From an uncultured Actinomycetota bacterium (lineage in GTDB: Bacteria; Actinomycetota; Actinomycetes; Streptosporangiales; Streptosporangiaceae): 64,000 bases of DNA. Of this stretch, positions 18,199 through 28,037 are shown piece by piece; the first letter of the stretch is position 1; the number at the start of each line of letters is the position of its first letter. The stretch is taken from positions 1,164,890-1,228,889 of the forward strand of contig CAVPIR010000001.1 in NCBI GenBank assembly GCA_963705055.1. The letters run 5' to 3'. The notes beneath the pieces are model-generated. The model had not been told where the DNA came from. It searched no databases and saw only the letters and a list, made by a program, of their open reading frames with translations. A program made the position numbers and the translations under genes.

Positions 18199-18229
18199 CG
18201 GGGTTCCTTGCTCGCGTGACCTGGCCACC

Positions 18230-18778
18230 TCACGGTGCGGGGGTGAGCTGCAGGTAGGTCACGCCGTTGTCGTACAGCGTGGCGTTCGCCCGTGCCCACT
18301 TGGTCGGCGAGAGCCCTTCGTCGAACAGGCGCGGCCCCGCGCCACGCGTCAGCGGGTAGACGAACAGGTGCAGCTCATCGACTAGCTGGTCGGCGATCAG
18401 CGCCCGAACCAGCGTCCCGCTGCCGCTCACGTACAGGCCCTTGGAGACCTCGTCCTTGAGCGCCTGGATCCGCTTGGGGTCATAGGCGCCGATGATCTCC
18501 GAGTTCCGCCAGGTCGCGTCTTCGAGCGTCGAGGAGACGACGTACTTCGTGGTGTCATTGAAGAACGGTGCACCAGGATCCTGCTCGACCGTCCGCGTCG
18601 ACCAGGCCGGCTCGAACATCTGGTACGTCTTCCTGCCGAGCAGGATGCCGTCGCTGTTGGCCGTGGCACTTCCGATGTCTTCGCCCATCCTCGGGTCGAA
18701 CCCGAACTCGAAGGTCCAGCTCGGAGTGTCGATGACGCCGTCAAGGCTGATGAACTCGTGCACTCGGATCGATCCCAC
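18230..18778 (-). CDS. Dihydrofolate reductase family protein (RibD C-terminal-like)
   Basis: GTG 18778 lies 3 nt after GGAGGA. VGSIRVHEFISLDGVIDTP...GILLGRKTYQMFEPAW...KYVVSSTL...LYVSGSGTLVRALIADQLVDELHLFVYPLTRG. Confidence 0.85.
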   Translation of the reverse strand: MGSIRVHEFISLDGVIDTPSWTFEFGFDPRMGEDIGSATANSDGILLGRKTYQMFEPAWSTRTVEQDPGAPFFNDTTKYVVSSTLEDATWRNSEIIGAYDPKRIQALKDEVSKGLYVSGSGTLVRALIADQLVDELHLFVYPLTRGAGPRLFDEGLSPTKWARANATLYDNGVTYLQLTPAP

Positions 18779-18859
18779 TGTTCCTCCCCGGCGTGATCTC
18801 GGCGTTGGCCAGCGTAGCTTGGGAGTGGTCCGCCCACTGGTCCAATTACTGACGTAGAA

Positions 18860-20205
18860 ATGAGTCCAATCGACGGCGAGCGAGCCTTGGAGCTTCCTGA
18901 CGTGGATCTGGATATCGAGTTCAAGGTCGGTGTACCCCTTCGGCGCCAGCTCGAGCACGCTCTGCGCATGGCGATCCGCTCAGGCCGGCTGGTGGCAGGC
19001 TCGGCAGTACCGCCGAGTCGCGAGCTGGCCGACGAGCTCGGCGTCTCGCGAGGCGTGGTGGTCGACAGCTATTCGCAGCTGACCACCGAGGGCTACCTGA
19101 CCGCCAGGCGCGGGTCCGCGACCCGCGTGGCCGTCCTGGCGCCGCCCGCCAGACCGCCGGAGCGGCGGCAACTTCCGCCGCCCGCGCGCTACCGCTATGA
19201 GTTGAGACCAGGACTGGCGGACTACCACCGCTTCCCGCGAGCCGCGTGGAAGTCGGCGCTCGTCCGCGCGCTGCGCGACCTCTCCGATGGCGTCTCACTT
19301 ACGCCGATCATCGCGGCGTCCCTGAGCTCAGGAACGCGGTCGCTGAGTACCTCGCCCGCATGCGCGGCGTGGTCGTCGACCCCGAACTCGTCGTGATCTG
19401 CTGCGCGGCTTCTCAGGCCCTGACCGTGCTCTGGCACGTCCTGCGCGGCCGCGGCGCACGGCGGGTGGCCATCGAGGATCCCGGCTGGCGCTGGCAGCGG
19501 TACACCGTCGAGATGGCGGGCCTGGAGGCGGTTCCAATCCGGGTCGACGCCGACGGACTGGTCGTGGCCGACCTCGCCGCGGCGGACGTCGACGCGGTAG
19601 TGATGACGCCGGCGCACCACTATCCCACCGGGGTCGTGATCCGCCGGAGCGCCGCTCGGCGCAGATCGCATGGGCACGCAAGCGCGAGGCGCTCATCGTC
19701 GAGGACGACTACGAGGTCGATACCGGTTCGGCCGCCCGCCGATGGCATCGTTGCAGGGACTTGCGCCCGACCTCGTCGCGTTTGTGGGGACGACCAGCAA
19801 GACGCTCGCGCCCGCGCTGCGCCTCGCCTGGATGGTGCCGCCGTCGCACCTAATCGACGAGGTCGAGAACGTCTTGCTGGTACGGCGTGACGCCCCGACG
19901 CTTGACCAGGTCGCGATGGCCTCGTTCATCGAGGATGCGGCGCTCGAGCGGCAGCGTGCGATGCGGCGGCGATATCGCGCCAAGCGGAGGTCCTGATCGA
20001 CCTGCTGGCAGCGCACACGCCAGACGTGAGTGTCGGCGGCACCGCGGCAGGCCTGCACCTGGTCGCCTGGCTACCGGCTGGCGCCGATGAGCACGAAAGC
20101 GCGATGCGAGCCCGCGCGACGGCATTGGCCTGCATGAACTGCACCGCCACTGACCACGCACGCGCTTCCGCCAGCGCTTGCCGGTTTCTGTTTTCGATCG
20201 TCTGA
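18860..20205 (+). pseudogene. MocR-type GntR/aminotransferase-fold regulator, at least 4 frame disruptions
   Basis: GntR HTH (LPPSRELADELGVSRGVVVDSYSQLTTEGYL) comes first. The aminotransferase-like part is scattered over three frames: LTYADHRGVPELRNAVAEYL...TPAHHYPTGVV / PPERRSAQIAWARKREALIVEDDYEV / YRFGRPPMASLQGLAPDLVAFVGTTSKTLAPALRLAWMV... / EVLIDLLAAHTPDVSVGGTAAGLHLVAWLP. Each junction behaves as a 1-nt deletion. Confidence 0.75.
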
Positions 20206-20211
20206 GCTGGC

Positions 20212-21420
20212 TCAGCAACTGGCAGATTCACGCAAGGCTATTTCGCTAGTGCCGATCAGGTAAGCGACTCTAGCCCGCGGTGGCAGCGTAGCGTCCAGAA
20301 GTCCCGCATCCACTGCGGTGCGGTCGGGCCTTCCGCAGCGACCTGGGTGAGCAGGATGGCGACCGAGCCCGTGGACAGGCACGATGTGCGCCGACGTTCC
20401 GGTCCCGCCGACCCAGCCGTAGCGGCCGGGAATGATCCACGGATCGATCGTCGCGATGTCGACCGAGCCGCCGAAGCCCCAGCCCTGGCCCTCCAGGAAC
20501 AGCTGCCCGATCTCGCGCTGAGCGGGCGTCGTGTGATCGGTCGTCATCAGGGCCACGGCCTCCTTCGACAGCAGCGTCGTGCCGTCGGCCGTGGTTCCCT
20601 GGCCGAGGAGCATCCTGGCGAACGCGAGCCAGTCGTCCACGGTGCCGACGAGCCCGCCGTTGCCGAGCGGAAACGCCGGAAGCGAACGCCACTGGCCGTC
20701 GGGTGCGTCCGCCAGCCGGAGGGCACCAGCGTCGTCGGTCCGGTAATAGCTGGTAAACCGGTCGCGCTTGGCAGGCGGCACCTCGAAGGCAGCGTCCGCC
20801 ATGCGCAGCGGGCCGAAGACGCGCTCGGCGAGGAACTCGGGCAGCGACTGGCCAGTGACCCTGCTGACCAGGACGCCCTGCAGGGTCGAGCACGTGTCGT
20901 ACAGCCACGCCGCCCCAGGCTGGTACAGGAGCGGTACCTTCGCGAGGTCGGCCATCCAGACGTCCGGCGGCGGGAAGCTGCGGATCTCGCGGCCGTCCTT
21001 CTGGACACCGAACAGCCGCTGCACCGCAGGCAACCCGAAGTCCGAAGCGAAGCCGTATCCAGCCTGAGAGCTGAGCAGATCGAACACCGTGATCTGCCTG
21101 GCGGCTTGCACGACGTCGTCGGCGTCGCCATCGGGCATCCTGACCACCACGGGCGCGGCCAGTTCCGGCAGCCAGCGGTCCACCGGGTCGTCGAGTCCGA
21201 TCGCGCCGTCGTCGACGAGCAGCATGACCGCTGCCGCCGTGATCGGCTTAGTGATCGACGCGAACCGGAAGATCGAGTCCCGCGCCATCGGCGTGCCGCC
21301 GAGGCTGGCATCGCCGACGGCCGCGAACTCGATCTGGTCGCCGCGCGCGACCAGGCCGACCGCCCCAGGCAGCGATCCGTTGCTGACGTGGGCCTGCAGA
21401 ACGCCGCGCAGGTCAGTCAT
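20212..21420 (-). CDS. Serine hydrolase, beta-lactamase (class C-like/esterase) family; C-terminus frameshifted (likely true stop 20270-20272)
   Basis: SxxK motif in FRFASITKPITAAAV. After ...GRYGWVGGTGTSAHIVP the family-like continuation STGSVAILLTQVAAEGPTAPQWMRDFWT / YAATAG sits in the other two frames. This implies insertions near ~20380 and ~20291. Confidence 0.8.
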   Translation of the reverse strand: MTDLRGVLQAHVSNGSLPGAVGLVARGDQIEFAAVGDASLGGTPMARDSIFRFASITKPITAAAVMLLVDDGAIGLDDPVDRWLPELAAPVVVRMPDGDADDVVQAARQITVFDLLSSQAGYGFASDFGLPAVQRLFGVQKDGREIRSFPPPDVWMADLAKVPLLYQPGAAWLYDTCSTLQGVLVSRVTGQSLPEFLAERVFGPLRMADAAFEVPPAKRDRFTSYYRTDDAGALRLADAPDGQWRSLPAFPLGNGGLVGTVDDWLAFARMLLGQGTTADGTTLLSKEAVALMTTDHTTPAQREIGQLFLEGQGWGFGGSVDIATIDPWIIPGRYGWVGGTGTSAHIVPVHGLGRHPAHPGRCGRPDRTAVDAGLLDATLPPRARVAYLIGTSEIALRESASC

Positions 21421-21614
21421 CGGAGGTCTCCCGTCTGTCGGTGTCTTCAGAAGGTAGACGGTCTGGCGGGCCCCGATTCATCGGCGGCACGGCTGGGCAC
21501 GCCCGGCCGGCGTTCTCCTGACGGCCGCCGCGAACGCAGGCGTCGAACGCTGGGCGAACGCCCCGATTCTTACCGTCGGCTGTACATCGAACCAACCGAA
21601 GCAGCTGAAGGGCC

Positions 21615-23666
21615 ATGAGTACATCAGCGGACATCCACGCCCATGTGAAGGCGCCGGGTGCTGACGGACCGGGCGCGCCAGCGGAGGACGAGCGGCGGGA
21701 CGGCAGCCGGCGGTGGGCCGTGCTGGCCGTCGTCTCTGCTGCGCAATTCGTCATCATCCTCGACCTCTGGGTCGTCAACATCGCGCTGCCTGTGCTGCAA
21801 CGGGACTTCGCTCCCGCGACGCTGTCGAACGTCTCGTGGATCCTGGACGTGTATGCAATCGTGCTTGCCGCGCTACTCCTGCCGGGCGGCCGCGTTGCCG
21901 ACACCATCGGGCGCCGCCGCTGCTTCCTGGCGGGCCTCGTGGTCTTCGGCCTCGCTTCGCTGGGATGCGCTGTTGCTCCTAGCCTGCCGGCATTGATCGC
22001 GGGCCGGGCACTGCAAGCGGTGGGGGCCGCGGTGCTGCTACCGACCTCACTGGGACTCGCCCTGTCCGCGTTCCCGGCACGCCAGCGGGCCACGGCCGTC
22101 GGAATCTGGGCTGGAGTCGGCGCGGTGGCCGCCGGCAGCGGCCCTGTCATCGGCGGCCTGCTCGTCGAGTCGAGCTGGCGATGGATATTCCTGATCAATG
22201 TGCCCATCGCCGTGGTCACCTTCGCGGCAGCTGTCGCGATCCTGCCCCGAGGCGGCAGCGAGCGTCGCTCGCAGCGGTCCGGCTGGAGCATTGACCCGGT
22301 CGGGGCTCTGCTCGTGCTGGCCGCTGTCGGACTGGCGTGCACGGCGCTGACCGAGGCACCCGGATGGCCGCTCTCGCGAACAGTCCTGCTGCTGGCCGCG
22401 GGGCTGGCGCTCGGTGCCGCGTTCGTGGTCCACATCCGACGTCACCGCGATCCCCTGATTTCGCCCAGGCTCTTTGGCGTCCGCGCGTTCAGCGCCGGGG
22501 CCGCCGGACACGTCACGTATTACGCGGGGTTCGCTGGCATGCTGCTCGGCACCACCATGCTGCTCACCGTGCACTGGCACTTCTCGGTCCTGCACGCTGC
22601 TGCCGCGATCGCGCCAGGCCCGATCACGGCCGGGATCGTCTCGCCTTTCACCGGGCGCCTGTCGGCTCGCTTCGGCGCGCGGACCACGGTGACCGCGGGC
22701 GCGGTCTTCTTCGCTGCTGCCGCGGGATGGCTGCTGGCCAGCGCGGGAGGCCGCGCCGACTATGCCCACGTCGTGCTGCCGGCGATGCTGCTCTGGGGCG
22801 TTGCTAACGGACTCATCCAGCCGTCGCTGCTGGCGACAGCCGACACCGCTCCGCGTTCGGAGCTGGCGTCGGGGTCGGCGGTGCTCGCGACGGCGCGACA
22901 GATTGGCGCCGCCCTGGGCGTGGCGATCTTCGTGGCCGCGCTCGGCGCCGGGCCGGCGACGGGCCTGGCAGGGCTCGACCGTGCCTGGATTGTCGTCCTG
23001 ATCGCCGCCGCGTTGACCGCAGCTGCCGGGCTCGCGACCGGCGGCGGCCGGACTCGTGTCCGCAGTGGAGCGGCGGCCAGCGCCAGCAAGGTCGTGCTCA
23101 GGGACCGGTCCGCGGTGCTGATCAGGCAGGTTCAGAGCTCGGACGCGCCGTTGCTGGCCGACGGCTTCGACCGGCTGAGCCCGAAGTCGCGCCAGCAGCG
23201 GTTCCTGCGGACGAAGAAGCAGCTGACCGAGGCAGAGCTGCGCTACTTCACCGACGTCGACCACCACGACCACGAGGCTCTCGGCGCGCTTGACGACGCC
23301 GACGGCCGCGGTGTCGGCATCGCCAGGTACGTCAGGGATGCGGACGACCCGAAGGCGGCGGAGATCGCCGTCACCGTCGTCGACGACTGGCAGGGCAAGG
23401 GGCTCGGCACCGAGTTGCTGGCCCGGCTGTCTGACCATGCCCGCCTGGCAGGTATCCGCCGGTTCACCGGCATTGTCTCCGCCGACAACGTGGCGATGGA
23501 AACCGTGCTGGGCAAGATGCGCGCCAAGCGCGTCGGCTACGGGCCAGGCACCGTGCAGTATGAGATCGCCTTGTCGCCAGAGGAGTCGCCGGAGCAGCCG
23601 CCCGAGGAGGGGCCGGCCGAGAGCGACGGCACCGCTCCGATCGCCAAGGCCGAGTGCCGTGCTTAA
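21615..23666 (+). CDS. MFS transporter (DHA2/EmrB-like, ~14 TM) fused in frame to a C-terminal Pat-type GNAT acetyltransferase domain
   Basis: Single 683-aa ORF. The N-terminal ~480 aa is polytopic (DLWVVNIALPVLQRDF, GRVADTIGRRR). The C-terminal ~180 aa reads LIRQVQSSDAPLLADGFDRLSPKSRQQRFL...FTDVDHHDHEALGAL...VVDDWQGKGLGTELL, as in stand-alone actinobacterial GNATs. Confidence 0.75.
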   Translation: MSTSADIHAHVKAPGADGPGAPAEDERRDGSRRWAVLAVVSAAQFVIILDLWVVNIALPVLQRDFAPATLSNVSWILDVYAIVLAALLLPGGRVADTIGRRRCFLAGLVVFGLASLGCAVAPSLPALIAGRALQAVGAAVLLPTSLGLALSAFPARQRATAVGIWAGVGAVAAGSGPVIGGLLVESSWRWIFLINVPIAVVTFAAAVAILPRGGSERRSQRSGWSIDPVGALLVLAAVGLACTALTEAPGWPLSRTVLLLAAGLALGAAFVVHIRRHRDPLISPRLFGVRAFSAGAAGHVTYYAGFAGMLLGTTMLLTVHWHFSVLHAAAAIAPGPITAGIVSPFTGRLSARFGARTTVTAGAVFFAAAAGWLLASAGGRADYAHVVLPAMLLWGVANGLIQPSLLATADTAPRSELASGSAVLATARQIGAALGVAIFVAALGAGPATGLAGLDRAWIVVLIAAALTAAAGLATGGGRTRVRSGAAASASKVVLRDRSAVLIRQVQSSDAPLLADGFDRLSPKSRQQRFLRTKKQLTEAELRYFTDVDHHDHEALGALDDADGRGVGIARYVRDADDPKAAEIAVTVVDDWQGKGLGTELLARLSDHARLAGIRRFTGIVSADNVAMETVLGKMRAKRVGYGPGTVQYEIALSPEESPEQPPEEGPAESDGTAPIAKAECRA

Positions 23667-23709
23667 CCCCGAGGAGTTCGACGATGGTCGGGCCGACGTT
23701 CCTGGCGGA

Positions 23710-25081
23710 GTGAGCCGGCCAGTCGAGCGCGTGCTGGTGATAGGCGCCGGGATCGCAGGGCTCACGATCGCGAACTCCCTGACCCGCGCCGGCGTCGAGT
23801 GCGTCGTGCTGGAGGCGCGCGATCGGATCGGCGGGCGGCTGCACACCGTCGACCTGGCCGGCTCACCGGTCGACCTGGGCGGCTCATGGATCCACATGCC
23901 GGCCGGGAACCCGATGAGCGCCTTCGCCGACCTGGCTGGCGTACGCCGGCGCGACTGGAACCCGTTGCCGGAACTGGCCGGGTTCGACCGCGGCGAGGGA
24001 CGCCGCCTGTCGGACGCGGAGGTGCGGGCGAGCCTCGACATTCAGTTCGACGCCTTCCCCGAGGCGGTCCCCCGGCTGCTGGACGCGCTCGGGCCGCAGG
24101 CGTCCGCGGCTGATGGCATCGACGCGTTCGTGCCCAGCGCCGGCCTGGAGGCCGGGCGAGGCCAGGCGCGCGCGCCAGGGGCTGCACGCGATCGTCGAGG
24201 CTGAATCCGCTGACCTGGCCGAGCGCCAGTCGCTGCGCTGGATGTGGAACGAACTCGAGTACGGCGGGGACTACTTCGGCGACGTGCCAGAAGGGGGCTA
24301 CCGGCGCCTGGTCGACGCGATGGCCACCGGCGTCGATCTGCAGCTGAGCTGGGACGCGGCGGAGGTCGTGCGCTCGGCGGGCGGCGTGCGGGTTCGCGGC
24401 GCTGACGGCAGATCCGAGGAAGGCTCGCATGTCGTGGTGACGGTGCCGCTCGGGGTACTCAAGGGCGGCGCACCGAGCTTCTCTCCGGCATTGCCGCCGG
24501 AGCGGCAGGCAGCGATCGGCCGGCTCGGGTTCGGCCGCTACGAGAAGGTCGTGCTGCGGTTTGACGAGCCGGTCTGGCGCGATGCCGGCATGCCGAATCT
24601 GATGGTGTTCCCCCGCGATCCGCGGGAGCCGACGACCTGGGCGTTCGGGCTAGACGCGTTCGGCGCTGGCCCCGTGCTATCCGTGCAGCTCTTCCACACC
24701 GTGGCCGACCGGCTGCAGCATGCCAGCCACGAGGAGGCCGTGCGATGGGCCATGGACCTGCTCAGTGAGGCGATCGGCGGTCCTTGCCCGGAGCCGACCG
24801 CCGTCGCAGTGACGTCATGGGCGGCGGATCCGCACAGCCGCGGCGCCTATACCCACATCCCGCCGGGGGCCAGCCCAGCCGACGCCGACCTGCTTGGCGA
24901 GCCGATCGGCGGGCGTGTGCTGTTCGCCGGGGAGCACACGCAGAGCGCGCGGATAGCGTACGCCGACGGCGCGATGACCAGCGGCATCCGCGAAGCAAAA
25001 CGCCTGCTCGGCCTCCCCAGCGTTCGCCTGGGAGTTGTCACGGGCCGAGGGATCATCGCCTCCCCGCGACCGATCTCCTAG
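23710..25081 (+). CDS. FAD-dependent amine oxidase (polyamine/monoamine oxidase-like, ~456 aa); 1-nt insertion near ~24152
   Basis: VLVIGAGIAGLTIANSL...LEARDRIGGRL dinucleotide-binding start, continuing in the next frame with GEARRARQGLHAIVEAESADL...SWAADPHSRGAYTH...LFAGEHT. GTG 23710 is preferred; the upstream part of ORF 23290 overlaps the GNAT domain. Confidence 0.85.
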
Positions 25082-25084
25082 ACG

Positions 25085-26162
25085 TCATTGCGTGGTGGCT
25101 GGCGACGGGCTTGCTGCTGGCGCGGCGCCGGGGGCGAAGGTCGTCACGCACGAGAAGATAGGCGTGAGCGTGTTGTCGGGCATCCGCGTGACCGGCACGG
25201 GTGTATCGCTGGAGGCAATGGGAGTGGGAGACGGGCTCGCGGGTGTCAGAGTCTGGGTGCCATTGCACGTGACACTCGCAGTCCCCAGGTTCGCCACGAC
25301 CCGCAGAGCGTCATATCCGGTCGGCAAGGGCACGTTGAACGCAAGATTTCCGTCGCCCGCCGCGTCAGCGCCAGTCTGCGACAGATAGACGACGGGACCG
25401 ACCGTCAGGTCATCGCCCGCATCGGTAATCCGGACCGCCCGAACGCTCACGTTCAGGGTGTCGCTGACCTTCATGTCACTGATCTGGACCGTCACTGACA
25501 GAACGGACTGCGTTCCGATCTGTGTCCAGGTCGACGCTATTCTCGGGCGGTCACTGCTCGCGAGCGACTTCTCCAGATAGAAAACAGTGATCAGGGCGGC
25601 GAGGGAAAACAGGATGAAGCTAATAGTCGTCGGGTCGATCAGAAACCGGCCAACCGGCCGCCAGTTCCATCGGAATGGCCAGCGCCTCGGCTTCGGAGGC
25701 GGCGAGACCGTCCCTGCTCCGATCCGCCTCTGCGGAATCTCTCCCGTCGGCCTCTTCCCCATCGGCCTCCCAGGCTGCCAGATCGACCTCTGCCAGATCG
25801 ACGGTCGTGGTCGCGGGGCCAGTCGATCCGGCACGCTTCCCGCTCGTCCGGTTCCCGGCACCGGCGGTGACCAACTGTGTTCCGGCCAGCGAAATGCCCA
25901 CGGCGGCCACCGAGAGGATGAGCGCCGCCAGCAAGGGAACCGGGTTGTTTCGCAGGAAGCGGCTCACCGCGCCGGTGATGCCGCCGACGATCGCGATGGA
26001 GGTCGAGACGACGGTGAATCCGCCAGCCACGAGCTTGCCGACGTCAACTCCACCTCGTGCCGGAGCGCTGCCCTGATCCCCGGCCGCGCTTTCGTTCGCC
26101 CCGGACAGAGGGAAGTCCTTCGGAAGGCCTCCGAAACCCAATTCAGCGCTAGGTTCGGCCAT
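25085..26162 (-). CDS. Hypothetical 3-TM membrane protein with acidic linker and Ig-like/Pro-Thr-rich extracytoplasmic tail (~358 aa); 1-nt insertion near ~25655
   Basis: ORF 25620..26162 has TM segments LVAGGFTVVSTSIAIVGGITGAV and PLLAALILSVAAVGISLAG. It joins ORF 25085..25861 at ...ELAAGWP-FLIDPTTISFILFSLAALITVFYL. No family recognised. Confidence 0.6.
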
Positions 26163-26262
26163 ATCACCGGGCCGTTCTGCTCATGCGGACGCGGGTTGCA
26201 TCAATGCTGACGCCGGGCACCCGCCTTGTAAAGGTGCAAAATGCCTGCGTTCTTCCGGAACA

Positions 26263-26308
26263 TCGATGAACCCTTGATGCTGTTATGGAGACATCAAGGG
26301 CTCATCGA
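26263..26308. other. Long AT-richer hairpin/palindrome (17-bp stem, 1 mismatch, 12-nt loop) between the S8 peptidase and the 3-TM gene
   Basis: TCGATGAACCCTTGATG (26263-26279) pairs with CATCAAGGGCTCATCGA (26292-26308); the loop is CTGTTATGGAGA. Confidence 0.7.
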
Positions 26309-26537
26309 CGTCCGCCCCTGACAGAAAGAGTCCTAGCGGCTGAACGAGCCGGCGCGAGGGACGGGCGGCGTAGGCGCCCCCGGGATCGTGACGTCCGTAG
26401 TCGCCGATCCCAGGGGCGACCGCCCCCCGGGCCCCGCCGGGTCATCCGGCCACGGTTGACGCGGCGGTCGCGCGTTGGCCTCTTCAAGACAGAGTCGGCT
26501 TCACGGATCCAGATACATACGTGAACAAACCGCGTCG

Positions 26538-26563
26538 AGCGCCGCGCCCGCGAAGGCGGCGCT
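26538..26563 (-). terminator. GC-rich stem-loop ~40 nt downstream of the S8 peptidase stop (possible intrinsic terminator, no U-tract)
   Basis: AGCGCCGC (26538-26545) pairs with GCGGCGCT (26556-26563), 10-nt loop. Confidence 0.3.
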
Positions 26564-26603
26564 GGGGCGCGCGGCGGCCGAAGAAACGAGCGAAAGCGGG
26601 CCT

Positions 26604-27936
26604 TTAAGGGAACAGCCGCGGTCCGACGCCGACCCGGAACTGGCTCCTGGCCGCCGCCAGCAGCGCCTCAGCCGCACGCTGGGCGTTCTCGCCGGTGCGC
26701 GACATCCTCGCGGCGATCAGCCCGGTGACGATCGGCGTCGAGAACGACGTGCCGCTCCACTTGACGATGCCAGCAGACGTGTCGCGCACGGTGCCAGCGA
26801 TCGTCTTGTACCTGAGCTGAGCGTATGCGTTGACGATGTCTTCGCCGGGCGCGTAGACGTCCACCCAGGCCCCGTGATTGCTGAACCAGGATCGGCGCTG
26901 GCCGTCGCGGCTCATCGAGCCGACGCCGACGCACCAAGGGAACGCGGCCGGCCAGAACGGAGCGGTCCTGCCGTCGTTGCCAGCAGCCGCCACGAACGCG
27001 ACGCCGCCAAGCTGGCGGAGGCGCTCCTCCCAGAGCGCCTGAAAGGCGAGCGAGGGCACGTTTCCCCTGGTGTAGCCGCCCGCGGACATGCTGATGATGT
27101 CGGGCGAGCGCGACAGGGCGTCGTGGATCTGCTTGATGAGGCTCGATTCCCGCACGAAGCCAGAGACCTCGATCTCGCGCTCCACCACGACATGCGCCGC
27201 CGGGGCGAGGCAGCGAACCACCCCTGACACGAAGGTCCCGTGGCCGGCATAAGGATCGGCGAACCCCTGCCTGATGCGGTCAGGATCCTCAATGTCTGCC
27301 CTGGTATCGGCCTCAACGCCCTGGATCCACGGGGCCCACGCGCTGGCGCCCGTCTATCAGCCCGGTGTCTACGACGGATACCCGGACGTCAGCGCCGGCT
27401 GATGGGTCCCCGATAGCTGGCCACAGCGCGGCCCTGACCGCCGCGGGATTCTCGGCGTGCTGCGGCGTGATGACGGCCTCAGGCTCGGTGGCCGGGCACA
27501 TGGTGTTGGGCGTGATGATGAACGCGTGCTCGTGCGTCGCGACGCCGATGCCGAGCCGGCTGTCGAGGTCGGCGACCACATCGGGGGTGTGCTGAGTGTC
27601 ACGGACCTGGACGTCGAGCCTGCTGATGCCGGCGATGAGCGCGTGGTCATCGGTTGCCGGGGACGCGGCGCTGGACCCTGCCTGCTCGTCGGGAAGCGCA
27701 CCGAGGGCTTGCAGGGCATCACGCACCCGCGGCAGGTCCCGGTCACGAGTCAGCAGGGACTTGCTCAGGTAGAAGTAGGCGACGTGCCTGTCCTGCTCCC
27801 AGCTCAGCGGCCAGGCCCGCACATCCGGGTCAAGCTCGAGAGCACTCCGCGTCTCAGGAACCAGCCGTTGCCGGTTCGCCTCGCGCGCGAGTTCCTCTGC
27901 GGCAAAGGCCGCTACGCCGTCACCATTCCCCGCCAT
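26604..27936 (-). CDS. S8 (subtilisin-like) serine peptidase, no signal peptide, unassigned ~170-aa N-terminal domain (~443 aa); 1-nt insertion near ~27350
   Basis: Catalytic Asp in VRVSVVDTGLIDG and His in DPYAGHGTFVSG (readable in the 26604 frame upstream of its first start codon). Oxyanion Asn in AAAGNDG and Ser in WSGTSFSTPIVTG. ORFs 27313..27936 and 26604..27230 join as GLIDG-ASAWAPWIQGVEAD. Confidence 0.85.
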
Positions 27937-28037
27937 TTACATCATCCCCGCGTCGTCAGTTAAGCTCTCACCCGCTATTCCGGGCTAAGATAACCTATAG
28001 GGCCTTTACATTTCCTACTGTTGGGTGACATGTCGAA

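Noticed and set aside
22047-24041. 664-aa minus-strand ORF
   Set aside because: Antisense to the MFS-GNAT and amine-oxidase genes, with an Arg/Gly/Pro-rich junk translation.
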